Positions 1 to 9,267 of a DNA stretch of 64,000 bases are shown here, piece by piece. The DNA is from Cellvibrio sp. (GTDB taxonomy: Bacteria > Pseudomonadota > Gammaproteobacteria > Pseudomonadales > Cellvibrionaceae). The stretch spans positions 2,208 through 66,207 of the forward strand of contig DATJLF010000005.1 in the NCBI GenBank assembly GCA_035490715.1. Direction: 5' to 3'. Numbering within the stretch: position 1 is the stretch's first letter; every line of letters begins with the position of its first letter. The translations under genes were made by a program, and so were the position numbers. The notes under the pieces were generated by a model. That model did not search any database, was not told the DNA's origin, and was given only the letters and a program-made list of their open reading frames with translations.

Positions 1-402
1 GCAGAAATAGGTTTAAAGGTTTTCCAAATTCCCTATGATCAACCTATTCGCGTCAGGGGTATTACAAAAAATAATTTCTTTACCCTTTACGATATCGGTA
101 TGCTGGGAATAATCTCGCATTCACAGGTGCCCTTGCGAGTGGCAACCATGGCTGGATTCCTTTTATCATTCGTTAGTATTTTTATTGCTGCTATCTATTT
201 CTTCCTGAAATTAATTTTTTGGAACTCATTTAGTTTGGGCATGGCTCCGATTGTTATCGGTATTTTCTTCTTCGCCTCCGTGCAGCTATTTTTTGTCGGT
301 ATTTTGGGTGAATACCTTGGTTCCATTCATTTATATAGCAAACGTCGCCCCTTGGTTATTGAACAAGAACGAATTAACTTTCCCTCTGAAAATAATAATT
401 AA
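1..402 (+). CDS. 3' part of a GtrB/ArnC-like GT2 polyprenol-phosphate glycosyltransferase (5' truncated by window edge)
   Basis: Frame is open from base 1 (AEIGLKVFQIPYDQPIRVRGITKNNFFTLYD...). S..PLR.A motif, two C-terminal TM helices and GILGEYLGSIH...RRP are typical of the GtrB/ArnC C-terminus. Confidence 0.8.
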   Translation, partial: AEIGLKVFQIPYDQPIRVRGITKNNFFTLYDIGMLGIISHSQVPLRVATMAGFLLSFVSIFIAAIYFFLKLIFWNSFSLGMAPIVIGIFFFASVQLFFVGILGEYLGSIHLYSKRRPLVIEQERINFPSENNN

Positions 403-417
403 TAGCAGGCTCTTCCT

Positions 418-1410
418 ATGTCAGTAGTAACGCTCGGCAATGCAAAACAATTTGTCTGCGCTGATGACATTAGCATTCTGGATGCAGCAAAAGCACAGGG
501 AATAATATTGGAACATAGCTGTAGAACAGGCCGGTGCGGAGTCTGTAAAGCAAAGGTTATACAAGGCACTACCCGTCTGACCCAGGAAGAAACTGGCATT
601 ACCCATGAAGAAACCAATGAAGGCTTTGTACTGACCTGCTGTCGAACAGCAAGTGAGGACACTGCACTGGATATTGAAGATTTGGGGGCATTGGCTGATA
701 TTAAAGTGCAGACGCTCCCTTGCAAAATAGATTCGATTACCTACCTCGCCGAAGATATTATACGAGTTATATTGCGTTTACCGCCGACAGGAAATTTTAA
801 TTTTTTACCAGGGCAATATATAAATATTATTGCTAAAAATTCCATTCGCCGAAGTTATTCAATTGCGTGCAACCATCAACAGAACGGAAAACTTGAGTTG
901 CATATCCGCAAGGTTCCACAGGGGATTATGAGTCAATATTGGTTTGAAGAGGCAAAGGAAAATGATCTCTTACGCTTTGAAGGGCCACATGGCACCTTTT
1001 GTTTTCGCGAAAAAACAGAAAAAAATATTATTTTCCTTGCCACAGGCACAGGCATAGCGCCTGTAAAAAGTATTCTGGAATTTTTGGATAGTGCACCGTC
1101 ACTGTTAAACGAACGCAAGGTGTCTGTTTATTGGGGGGGAAGGACACTGGCTGATATTTACTGGCAACCGGACTACAGCCACATAGCCATCTCATTTAAT
1201 CCCGTACTCAGTCGCTCCCAGGCATTCCAATGGGATGGACATCAAGGTTACGTGCAAGATGCAGTTACAGCAGACCAACTCAATTGGAGCGATTCAGTTG
1301 TTTATGCCTGCGGTTCACCCGATATGATTCGGGATGCAAAAAAATTATTAGTTCAGCAAGGCCTTAAGATTAACAATTTCTTTTCAGATGCGTTTGTAAG
1401 TTCACAATAA
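418..1410 (+). CDS. ascD: CDP-6-deoxy-delta3,4-glucoseen reductase (E3): 2Fe-2S ferredoxin plus FAD/NAD reductase
   Basis: CRTGRCGVC...LTCC 2Fe-2S motif, RSYSIA FAD motif, ATGTGIAP and YACGS NAD motifs; adjacent to rfbF/G/H. Confidence 0.85.
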   Translation: MSVVTLGNAKQFVCADDISILDAAKAQGIILEHSCRTGRCGVCKAKVIQGTTRLTQEETGITHEETNEGFVLTCCRTASEDTALDIEDLGALADIKVQTLPCKIDSITYLAEDIIRVILRLPPTGNFNFLPGQYINIIAKNSIRRSYSIACNHQQNGKLELHIRKVPQGIMSQYWFEEAKENDLLRFEGPHGTFCFREKTEKNIIFLATGTGIAPVKSILEFLDSAPSLLNERKVSVYWGGRTLADIYWQPDYSHIAISFNPVLSRSQAFQWDGHQGYVQDAVTADQLNWSDSVVYACGSPDMIRDAKKLLVQQGLKINNFFSDAFVSSQ

Positions 1411-1426
1411 TTAATCAGGAGCGATT

Positions 1427-2200
1427 ATGAAAGCCGTTATTCTTGCCGGTGGCCTGGGCACCCGGTTGAGCGAAGAAACTGTCACACGCCCCAAGCCCAT
1501 GGTAGAAATCGGTGGCAAACCCATTTTGTGGCATATCATGAAAATGTATTCGGCGCATGGAATTAATGAATTCATTATTTGCTGCGGCTACAAGGGCTAC
1601 ATCATCAAAGAATATTTTGCTAACTATTTTTTGCATATGTCTGATGTGACATTTGATATGAGCCAGAACAATATGCATGTGCATAACCAACGCGCTGAAC
1701 CCTGGAAAATTACCTTGGTTGACACTGGCGATAATTCGATGACTGGTGGTCGCTTGAAGCGTGTGTATGACTACATAAAAGATGATTCTGCGTTTTGTTT
1801 TACCTACGGAGATGGCGTCAGCGATATCAATATTGCGCGTACCATCGACTTTCATTTAACACATGGCAAGCTAGCCACTTTATCTGCCACCTACCCTCCA
1901 GGACGTTTTGGTGCACTGGACATTGATGGAATCTGCGTAAAAAGTTTTAAAGAAAAACCAAAAGGCGATGGAGCGATGATCAATGGCGGTTTCTTTGTGC
2001 TTTCTCCAACAGTCATCGATTTAATCGAAGATGACAGTACCGTTTGGGAACAGCATCCGCTGACACAACTCGCCAATGAGGGTGAACTGATGGCTTATAA
2101 GCATGAGGGATTTTGGCAACCCATGGATACATTGCGTGATAAAACGTATCTCGAAGAGCTGTGGGCCTCCGGTGCAGCGCCCTGGAAAATTTGGGAGTAG
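1427..2200 (+). CDS. rfbF: Glucose-1-phosphate cytidylyltransferase
   Basis: [32 protein letters not shown] and [11 protein letters not shown] motifs. Confidence 0.95.
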   Translation: MKAVILAGGLGTRLSEETVTRPKPMVEIGGKPILWHIMKMYSAHGINEFIICCGYKGYIIKEYFANYFLHMSDVTFDMSQNNMHVHNQRAEPWKITLVDTGDNSMTGGRLKRVYDYIKDDSAFCFTYGDGVSDINIARTIDFHLTHGKLATLSATYPPGRFGALDIDGICVKSFKEKPKGDGAMINGGFFVLSPTVIDLIEDDSTVWEQHPLTQLANEGELMAYKHEGFWQPMDTLRDKTYLEELWASGAAPWKIWE

Positions 2201-2202
2201 AT

Positions 2203-3282
2203 GTGAAAGCGCAAATCGACACAGTATTCTGGCAAGGCAAGCGGGTTTTCATAACCGGCCACAGTGGATTTAAAGGTGCCTGGTTATCACTTTGGCTCCA
2301 TCAATTGGGAGCGAAGGTCAAAGGCTTTTCATTGGAACCACCCACTTCACCTTCACTGTTCGATGCAATTAATATTTCCACGTTGATAGAATCAGAAACA
2401 GGAGATATTCGCAATTTACAAGCAATTACAAAAAGTTTGCGCGAGTTTAATCCGGATATTCTTATCCACATGGCCGCACAGCCACTTGTCCGATTTTCAT
2501 ATGAAGACCCGGTAGCCACCTATTCAACCAATGTCATGGGCACCATCCATGTATTGGAGGCTGCACGTCAATGCACGAATTTGCGTGCAATTGTGAATGT
2601 CACTACCGACAAATGTTATGAAAATCGTGAGTGGGAATGGGGTTATCGTGAAAATGAACCCATGGGTGGTCACGATCCTTATAGCAATAGCAAAGGCTGC
2701 GCAGAGCTAGTGACCTCGTCGTATCGCAATTCCTTTTTTAATACCGCTGAAAGCCCGGCACTGGCTTCAGCACGAGCCGGTAATGTTATTGGTGGCGGTG
2801 ATTGGGCGCAGGATCGTTTAGTGCCCGACGTACTGCGTGCATTCAGTGCGCACAATCCGGTTATTGTGCGCAACCCTAAAGCAACTCGCCCCTGGCAACA
2901 TGTGCTCGAACCCTTAAGTGGTTATTTAATTTTGGCCCAGGCTTTATTTAAATCCGGCCACACGTTTGCTGAAGGTTGGAATTTTGGCCCACGCGATCAG
3001 GATGCTCGGCCAGTAGAGTGGATACTGGATAATATGATTGCCCATTGGGGGCCTGAAGCACGGTGGCAGTTGGATAACAATCCACAACCACATGAAGCCA
3101 ATTTTTTAAAACTGGATATTTCCAAAGCAAAGGCGCGATTGAACTGGTCACCTACCTGGGACCTCGACTATACATTGGAAAAAATCGTGGGCTGGCATCG
3201 CGCATGGCTTGGGCACGAAGACATGTATACATATTCAATTGCAGAAATTAAACATTACATGGCAAGTATGCAAAGCCAGTAA
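2203..3282 (+). CDS. rfbG: CDP-glucose 4,6-dehydratase
   Basis: FWQGKRVFITGHSGFKG, TTDKCYEN, DPYSNSKG and RPWQHVLEPL motifs. GTG start at 2203 with GGGAG RBS preferred over the track start at 2161. Confidence 0.93.
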   Translation: MKAQIDTVFWQGKRVFITGHSGFKGAWLSLWLHQLGAKVKGFSLEPPTSPSLFDAINISTLIESETGDIRNLQAITKSLREFNPDILIHMAAQPLVRFSYEDPVATYSTNVMGTIHVLEAARQCTNLRAIVNVTTDKCYENREWEWGYRENEPMGGHDPYSNSKGCAELVTSSYRNSFFNTAESPALASARAGNVIGGGDWAQDRLVPDVLRAFSAHNPVIVRNPKATRPWQHVLEPLSGYLILAQALFKSGHTFAEGWNFGPRDQDARPVEWILDNMIAHWGPEARWQLDNNPQPHEANFLKLDISKAKARLNWSPTWDLDYTLEKIVGWHRAWLGHEDMYTYSIAEIKHYMASMQSQ

Positions 3283-3319
3283 TCATGAATTTTTTTTATA
3301 TAATTTGTAAGGCTGCATT

Positions 3320-4633
3320 ATGACTCCTGAATTCCTGCGTCAAGAAATAGCAAAACTGGTGCAACAATTTGCAGAACTCACCACCGCACCGAAACCATTT
3401 ACACCCGGTGAAAGTGTTATTCCTCCGTCCGGTAAAGTTGTTGGCGCGCGCGAGATGCAATTAATGGTCGAAGCATCCCTGGATTGCTGGCTCACCACCG
3501 GTCGATTCAACGCCGAGTTTGAAAAAAAATTGGCAGAGTTCCTTGGTGTTAAATATTTGCTCTCCGTGAACTCCGGTTCATCCGCCAACCTGGTTGCTTT
3601 CAGCGCACTGACTTCACCCAAATTAGGCGCTCGTGCTATTAAAAAAGGTGATGAAGTGATTGGCGTTGCAGCGGGCTTCCCCACTACGGTTAACCCCATC
3701 ATTCAATTTGGCGCAATCCCGGTTTTTGTTGACGTCGATGCAAACACACACAATATCAATGCCGATTTAATTGAGGCAGCAATTACACCGAAAACCAAAG
3801 CAATTATGTTGGCTCATACCCTGGGCAACCCGTTTAATCTCGCCAAAGTAAAAGCATTGTGTGAAAAATATAATTTATGGCTGGTGGAAGACTGTTGCGA
3901 TGCGTTAGGAGCAAAATACGACGGCAAATTGGTGGGGACATTTGGCGATATAGGAACCCTGAGCTTTTACCCTGCACATCACATCACTATGGGTGAAGGC
4001 GGTGCTGTGTTTACCAATAATCCCCAATTAAAAATGATCGCAGAATCTTTCCGTGATTGGGGCCGCGATTGCTATTGTGCCCCCGGCTGCGACAATACCT
4101 GTGGCAATCGTTTCGGCCAACAATTTGGTAGCCTGCCTGCTGGTTACGATCACAAATATGTGTATGCACATATTGGTTACAACCTGAAAATTACTGATAT
4201 GCAAGCCGCATGTGGGCTAGCACAACTGGAACGTGCACAGGAATTTATTGATACCCGTAAACGCAATTATGATTTACTGAAAACGCGTTTGAAAAACCTG
4301 AACGATTTTATTGATATCGCCCAGGCAACACCTAACAGTGAACCGTCCTGGTTCGGTTTCCCCGTCACATTAAAAGAAAGTGCCGGTGTAAACCGCGTTG
4401 ACCTAATCAAATTTCTTGATCAACACAAAATTGGTACCCGTTTGTTGTTCGCCGGTAACTTAACTCGCCAACCTTACTTCCAAGGCGTTGAGTATAGGGT
4501 TGCAGGAGATCTGACTAACACCGACAACACCATGAATAATACTTTCTGGTTGGGCATTTACCCGGGGTTAGGTGCAGAGCATTTCGATTTTGTGGCTGAA
4601 AAGTTTGAAGAATTTTTTGGTTTGAATTTTTAA
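3320..4633 (+). CDS. rfbH: CDP-4-keto-6-deoxyglucose 3-dehydrase (E1; PMP and 2Fe-2S dependent)
   Basis: SFYPAHHITMGEGG has His in place of the aminotransferase Lys; EDCCD and RDCYC...DNTC Fe-S cysteines are present. Confidence 0.93.
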   Translation: MTPEFLRQEIAKLVQQFAELTTAPKPFTPGESVIPPSGKVVGAREMQLMVEASLDCWLTTGRFNAEFEKKLAEFLGVKYLLSVNSGSSANLVAFSALTSPKLGARAIKKGDEVIGVAAGFPTTVNPIIQFGAIPVFVDVDANTHNINADLIEAAITPKTKAIMLAHTLGNPFNLAKVKALCEKYNLWLVEDCCDALGAKYDGKLVGTFGDIGTLSFYPAHHITMGEGGAVFTNNPQLKMIAESFRDWGRDCYCAPGCDNTCGNRFGQQFGSLPAGYDHKYVYAHIGYNLKITDMQAACGLAQLERAQEFIDTRKRNYDLLKTRLKNLNDFIDIAQATPNSEPSWFGFPVTLKESAGVNRVDLIKFLDQHKIGTRLLFAGNLTRQPYFQGVEYRVAGDLTNTDNTMNNTFWLGIYPGLGAEHFDFVAEKFEEFFGLNF

Positions 4634-4639
4634 CCTGCT

Positions 4640-5743
4640 ATGAATAGTTCACCCACCATTTCCGTGCAGACACACTACCAACCCGGCGTTGCGCTGGAGG
4701 ATCTGGAACTCATCGTAAACCAGCTTGCTACGGTATGGGACGCTCTGCGTAACCAGCATATTTTTATTACCGGCGGAACCGGCTTTGTGGGTTGTTGGTT
4801 ACTGGAGGCATTGTTGTGGGCAAATGAACAACTGGATTTGCAATTAACACTCAGCGTTTTAACTCGCAATCCCGCTGCATTTACCAGCAAAGCGCCGCAT
4901 CTGGCAACACATAAAATCATTAACCTGATTCAGGGCGATGTCACTAACTTACAATCCATTCATGGCCGATTTGATATTGTTATTCACGCGGCAACTGATG
5001 TAGCTGGAATTAATAGCAATCCCCTCATAACGTTTGAACAAATAGTGGCAGGCACCAAAGAAACGCTCGCACTTGCCCAACGCAGCCACACCCAACGTTA
5101 TTTATTAACCAGCTCCGGTGCAGTTTATGGCCGACAACCAGAACATATCACGCATCTGCCTGAAGATTTTGCAGGCGCACCAGCATTGCTTGATACAGCC
5201 ACAGCCTACGGCCAAGGCAAACGAGTCTCTGAATGGCTAACGGCTTGCCAAAGCAACCAACAATTGCATGTTGGAATCGCACGCTGTTTTGCGTTAATTG
5301 GTCCCTACTTGCCACTGGATGCACAATTCGCTGCCGGTAATTTTATTCGCGATGGATTGGATAACAAAACAATTGCAGTGAATGGTGATGGAACCAGTTG
5401 CCGTTCTTATCTATACGCAGCAGATATGGTAATTTGGTTGTTACGTATTTTATTCAGCAATAACGCCACTGCCTGTTACAACCTTGGTTCTCAAGAAAGC
5501 ATTTCCATTAAAGAGCTAGCCGAAACAATTTCACACATTATTTACCATGAGAATCGCACTGCGATAGCCAAACAACCCACCATAAATTCTCCCATTCAAC
5601 GTTACATTCCCGATACAAGCAAAGCACAGCGAGAGCTTGGTTTAAAGCAATATACCGATTTGCACAATGCCATCAGCAAAACAATTGCGTGGGAACAACA
5701 ACGAAGAAAACTTATTAACCTCTATACGGAGAGGCCGGCATGA
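4640..5743 (+). CDS. Extended SDR, NAD-dependent epimerase/dehydratase/reductase
   Basis: TGGTGFVG Rossmann motif, TSSGAVYG and YGQGK (YxxxK) catalytic motif. Confidence 0.85.
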   Translation: MNSSPTISVQTHYQPGVALEDLELIVNQLATVWDALRNQHIFITGGTGFVGCWLLEALLWANEQLDLQLTLSVLTRNPAAFTSKAPHLATHKIINLIQGDVTNLQSIHGRFDIVIHAATDVAGINSNPLITFEQIVAGTKETLALAQRSHTQRYLLTSSGAVYGRQPEHITHLPEDFAGAPALLDTATAYGQGKRVSEWLTACQSNQQLHVGIARCFALIGPYLPLDAQFAAGNFIRDGLDNKTIAVNGDGTSCRSYLYAADMVIWLLRILFSNNATACYNLGSQESISIKELAETISHIIYHENRTAIAKQPTINSPIQRYIPDTSKAQRELGLKQYTDLHNAISKTIAWEQQRRKLINLYTERPA

Positions 5744-6561
5744 CTGCATTTACTCCAAACCTACTGCGTCAAACCGTTTTAAAAATGGCTTATTCAGGGG
5801 CAACAGTACATATTGCGTGTGCATTTTCTATTATCGAAATTATGGCTGTGCTCTACCGCTATCATTTGCGGTATTCCAATAATAATCCAGCAGCACCTGA
5901 TAGGGATTATCTGGTTTTGAGCAAAGGCCACGGAGTAATGGCTCAATATGCGTGTCTTTATGAAAAAGGTTGGCTCAGCAAAGTCGACATGGAAAATTAT
6001 TTTAAAGATGGATCCAAATTAAAAGGGTTATCCGATGCACATATTTCCGGCTGTGAAGTGACTTCCGGTTCCCTTGGCCACGGTTTATCTGTTGGTGTAG
6101 GTATGGCACTGGCGGCAAAACTGCAACAAACAGATCAGTTCTGTTATGCGGTTGTCGGCGATGGGGAAATGAATGAAGGAACAATGTGGGAGGCACTTTT
6201 ATTTGCGCGGCAACACGCTCTGGATAATTTAATTATCATTGTTGACGAAAATGGATTCCAGGCGATGGGAACAACGAACGATGTATTGCAATTGGGAAAA
6301 TTAACCGAAAAATTTTCAGCATTTGGTTTTGATGCAATTGAAGTCGATGGCCACAACGAAACAGAATTGCACCAGGCATTGACCCAACTCAAAAATAAAA
6401 AAAATGGTGCACCAAAGGCAATTATTGCACGCACAGTGAAAGGCAAAGGTGTGAGTTTTATGGAGCACGATAATACCTGGCACTATACCCGTTTGAATGA
6501 CACCACTTTTGAACAGGCCATGATTGAGCTGGGCGCCTGCACTTTGGAGCCACAAGTATGA
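5740..6561 (+). CDS. Split transketolase, N-terminal ThDP-binding subunit
   Basis: LSKGH, GSLGHG and GDGEMNEG...VDEN ThDP motif; KGKGVSFME. ATGA overlap with the upstream gene. Confidence 0.9.
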   Translation: MTAFTPNLLRQTVLKMAYSGATVHIACAFSIIEIMAVLYRYHLRYSNNNPAAPDRDYLVLSKGHGVMAQYACLYEKGWLSKVDMENYFKDGSKLKGLSDAHISGCEVTSGSLGHGLSVGVGMALAAKLQQTDQFCYAVVGDGEMNEGTMWEALLFARQHALDNLIIIVDENGFQAMGTTNDVLQLGKLTEKFSAFGFDAIEVDGHNETELHQALTQLKNKKNGAPKAIIARTVKGKGVSFMEHDNTWHYTRLNDTTFEQAMIELGACTLEPQV

Positions 6562-7469
6562 GATCGATTTTTTCCCAAGCACTTCTCGCCGCTGCCGAGG
6601 CAGATCCGAAAGTCTTGTTGCTCACTGGCGATCACGGTTACGCTTTGTTTGATGAATTTCGTAAACACCGCCCACAACAATTCATCAATGCCGGAATTGC
6701 CGAGCAAAATATGGTAGGTGTCGCCGCAGGTTTAGCGAAAGCCGGATTCAAGCCCATCGTCTATGGACTCAGTGCATTCGTACCCATGCGAGTATTGGAA
6801 CAAATAAAAATTGATGTCTGTTATGAAAATTTGCCCGTCATATTTATTGGCGACGGCGCCGGCCTGGTGTATAGCAGTCTAGGTAGCAGCCATCAATCGA
6901 CTGAAGATATAGCGGCTTTGCGAGCTATCCCTAACATTTCCATCCTCTCACCCTGTGATCAACAAGAAATGCATTATGCCATGCAACAAGCACTGCAATT
7001 TACTGGCCCTACTTATGTACGCATGGGCAAATCAGACGTAGGACAAGTTCACTCGTCCCCCGTAAATGTAAATGCGGGTGACCTTATCCAGATTCGCACA
7101 TCCCGCAATCCACAGATTGCATTTATAGCCACCGGATCGATGGTTAAAACTGCACAGCAATTAGCAAATATTAAAGATGCTTCTGCCTGGAGTGTTCCCG
7201 TCATAAAACCAGTTAACGCACAACAGCTTCGCCATATCGCACAGGGAGTTAATACGATTGTAGTTTTGGAAGAGCATTCTATTTATGGCGGGTTAGGTAG
7301 TCTGGTCGCAGAAATTGTGAGCGAGCAAGGTCATACCAAAGTCATTCGGCTGGGCGTGCAAGATAGGTTCTCGCAAAAATGTGGCAGCTATGATTATCTT
7401 ATTAAAGAACATCAGTTGGACCTTGATTCACTGATACCTAAAATCACCGAACTTAACGCTGAATATTAA
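6558..7469 (+). CDS. Split transketolase, C-terminal (pyrimidine-binding plus C-domain) subunit
   Basis: NAGIAEQNMVG, G.SHQSTEDIA, YVRMGK and EEHS..GGLG motifs. ATGA overlap with the N subunit. Confidence 0.9.
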   Translation: MRSIFSQALLAAAEADPKVLLLTGDHGYALFDEFRKHRPQQFINAGIAEQNMVGVAAGLAKAGFKPIVYGLSAFVPMRVLEQIKIDVCYENLPVIFIGDGAGLVYSSLGSSHQSTEDIAALRAIPNISILSPCDQQEMHYAMQQALQFTGPTYVRMGKSDVGQVHSSPVNVNAGDLIQIRTSRNPQIAFIATGSMVKTAQQLANIKDASAWSVPVIKPVNAQQLRHIAQGVNTIVVLEEHSIYGGLGSLVAEIVSEQGHTKVIRLGVQDRFSQKCGSYDYLIKEHQLDLDSLIPKITELNAEY

Positions 7470-7501
7470 ATTAGCAATCGGTTGCAAGACGGGAGACCAG
7501 C

Positions 7502-9244
7502 TTGGATTTTCGCAATCATAAGGAAACGATACTGCTTGGCTTATTATTGCTTGGCTATATTATTCTGCGCAGTTTTTATCTGGATGCAGTACCACGCTGG
7601 GATGCAGCTACCTATTGGGGCGCCATAAAGAAAGCCGTGGAAGCCACCCAAGCGATCACTAGCGTTTCAGCTCTACCAAAAGTTGTTCTCGATACTTACA
7701 ACGTTTTTGGTCATTCGGCTATGGGGTATGTTGGGCTCATAGTAATAGCGCAGCTATTTGATTATCCGAATTTATTTTCACTCAATCTTGTTCACTTGAT
7801 CCTCGCCACTTTTTCGGTGTTTTGCAGTTATAAAATTTTCCGTTGGTTTTTACCAAAAACGGAGCAGCTCCCGGAAGTCTTATTAGCCACAGCTATATAC
7901 GCGCTTGATCCACTATTTTTTGCCAGTTCCATTTTTATCAATACTGATTTTCCCGTGTTGGTTTTTTACACCGCAGCATTGGCAGCACTGCTTTATGGGC
8001 GCTATGGCTGGTTCTCCCTCGCCTGCATCATGATGATTTTTTCCAAAGCAACAGGCACTTTATTTTGGGTCTCGCTGGTGGGTGGCATTGGGTTGTATGG
8101 ATTGATTATTTTAATTCAGGATATAACATCCAGACATTCACTTAGCCTCAGTCGTTTATTCCCCCCCAATCAACAGCGCCTTAATCCAGTCTTGACATAC
8201 CGAAGCATCGCTTATCGAATAACCTGCCTATTATTACCGGGAATAGCATACAAACTTTACTCAATTGCACAGCAAGGCAACAGTTGGGTGTTGAATAGCG
8301 GAATGAAGTTTGATTCCAAAGGCTGGAATTGTTTTGGCTTTAATCCGCGCGTGATGTCCAACCGTGCAGCAGAGATTTTTATTTTAAATTTTCACTGGAT
8401 ATTGTTGGCAGTAACCATTATCGCATTGTTAATTGGTTATGGTCGTCAATTGGAACGACGCAAGAATCATGCAGTCATTACATCATACACAGAAGATGAA
8501 TTATCAATCACTAAATCACAGATTAACCACTGGTGGGGACTACTGCCCGTATTGACGGGCTTCATCATCTTCCTTGCTTTTAACCTGAGTTATATCACTT
8601 ACATTATTCCGCGTTACGTTGTGGCCGGTGGATTTTTTTTGCTGGTTTTTACTCTGCTTGCGTTACAGTATTCAAGTGAATCAAGAAAATTACGGTGCGC
8701 ATTGTTAACCATCATATTTACTTTATTTGGCTGGCAAACATTCCGTACCGTTGACCCACTATCCATCGCATTTTTTGGCTCAACACCTTTTAGTGAGCAC
8801 CGCATATTGCAAATCGATAGTCCCGGTGAAGCACAAGGCAATGGTTTTGTATACAACGCCGAGTTTGCACTTGAGGACAAATTGCTTAATCGCATGCAAA
8901 AGGCAATTCCAATAGCCAAGGACACGATAATAATTACCTGGAATAAAGACAGCGGTTATTCATGGTTCACGCGCGGTGATACTTTCGTAGACGCCACTAC
9001 ATTGGAAAGAACTATTGATACCCGCAATAGTTTTCGCTACAACATCATTGAAGCCAGTAGCGTACATTCAGCTATCGCTCCGACTAAAGCGGTTTATATT
9101 TATATGCCGTGGCTCGCGCAATTTTCCAACGAGGAACAGGAGTTAAAACACTTGAGCCAGTTTTACGATATATCTGCTCCGGAAGATGTTGGTTTTCAGG
9201 GTTACAGTTTACGTTTGTATCGACTTAGCCGGAGAACACCATAA
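7502..9244 (+). CDS. Polytopic membrane protein, probable GT-C (ArnT/PMT-like) glycosyltransferase
   Basis: About 10-12 hydrophobic segments, acidic motif WDAATY in the first external loop, NTDFP motif, soluble C-terminal domain. TTG start with GGGAG RBS. Confidence 0.6.
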   Translation: MDFRNHKETILLGLLLLGYIILRSFYLDAVPRWDAATYWGAIKKAVEATQAITSVSALPKVVLDTYNVFGHSAMGYVGLIVIAQLFDYPNLFSLNLVHLILATFSVFCSYKIFRWFLPKTEQLPEVLLATAIYALDPLFFASSIFINTDFPVLVFYTAALAALLYGRYGWFSLACIMMIFSKATGTLFWVSLVGGIGLYGLIILIQDITSRHSLSLSRLFPPNQQRLNPVLTYRSIAYRITCLLLPGIAYKLYSIAQQGNSWVLNSGMKFDSKGWNCFGFNPRVMSNRAAEIFILNFHWILLAVTIIALLIGYGRQLERRKNHAVITSYTEDELSITKSQINHWWGLLPVLTGFIIFLAFNLSYITYIIPRYVVAGGFFLLVFTLLALQYSSESRKLRCALLTIIFTLFGWQTFRTVDPLSIAFFGSTPFSEHRILQIDSPGEAQGNGFVYNAEFALEDKLLNRMQKAIPIAKDTIIITWNKDSGYSWFTRGDTFVDATTLERTIDTRNSFRYNIIEASSVHSAIAPTKAVYIYMPWLAQFSNEEQELKHLSQFYDISAPEDVGFQGYSLRLYRLSRRTP

Positions 9245-9247
9245 AAG

Positions 9248-9266
9248 AAGGCCCCAACGGGCCTTT
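9248..9266. terminator. Probable bidirectional intrinsic terminator
   Basis: AAGGCCC-caac-GGGCCTT between convergent genes. Confidence 0.5.
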
Positions 9267-9267
9267 G

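Noticed and set aside
1415-1855. 146-aa minus-strand ORF
   Set aside because: Antisense shadow of rfbF. The same applies to 15157-15765 (recJ), 17186-17707 (thrC), 42216-42692 (pheS), 52519-53127 (macB) and 59435-59980 (piuC).
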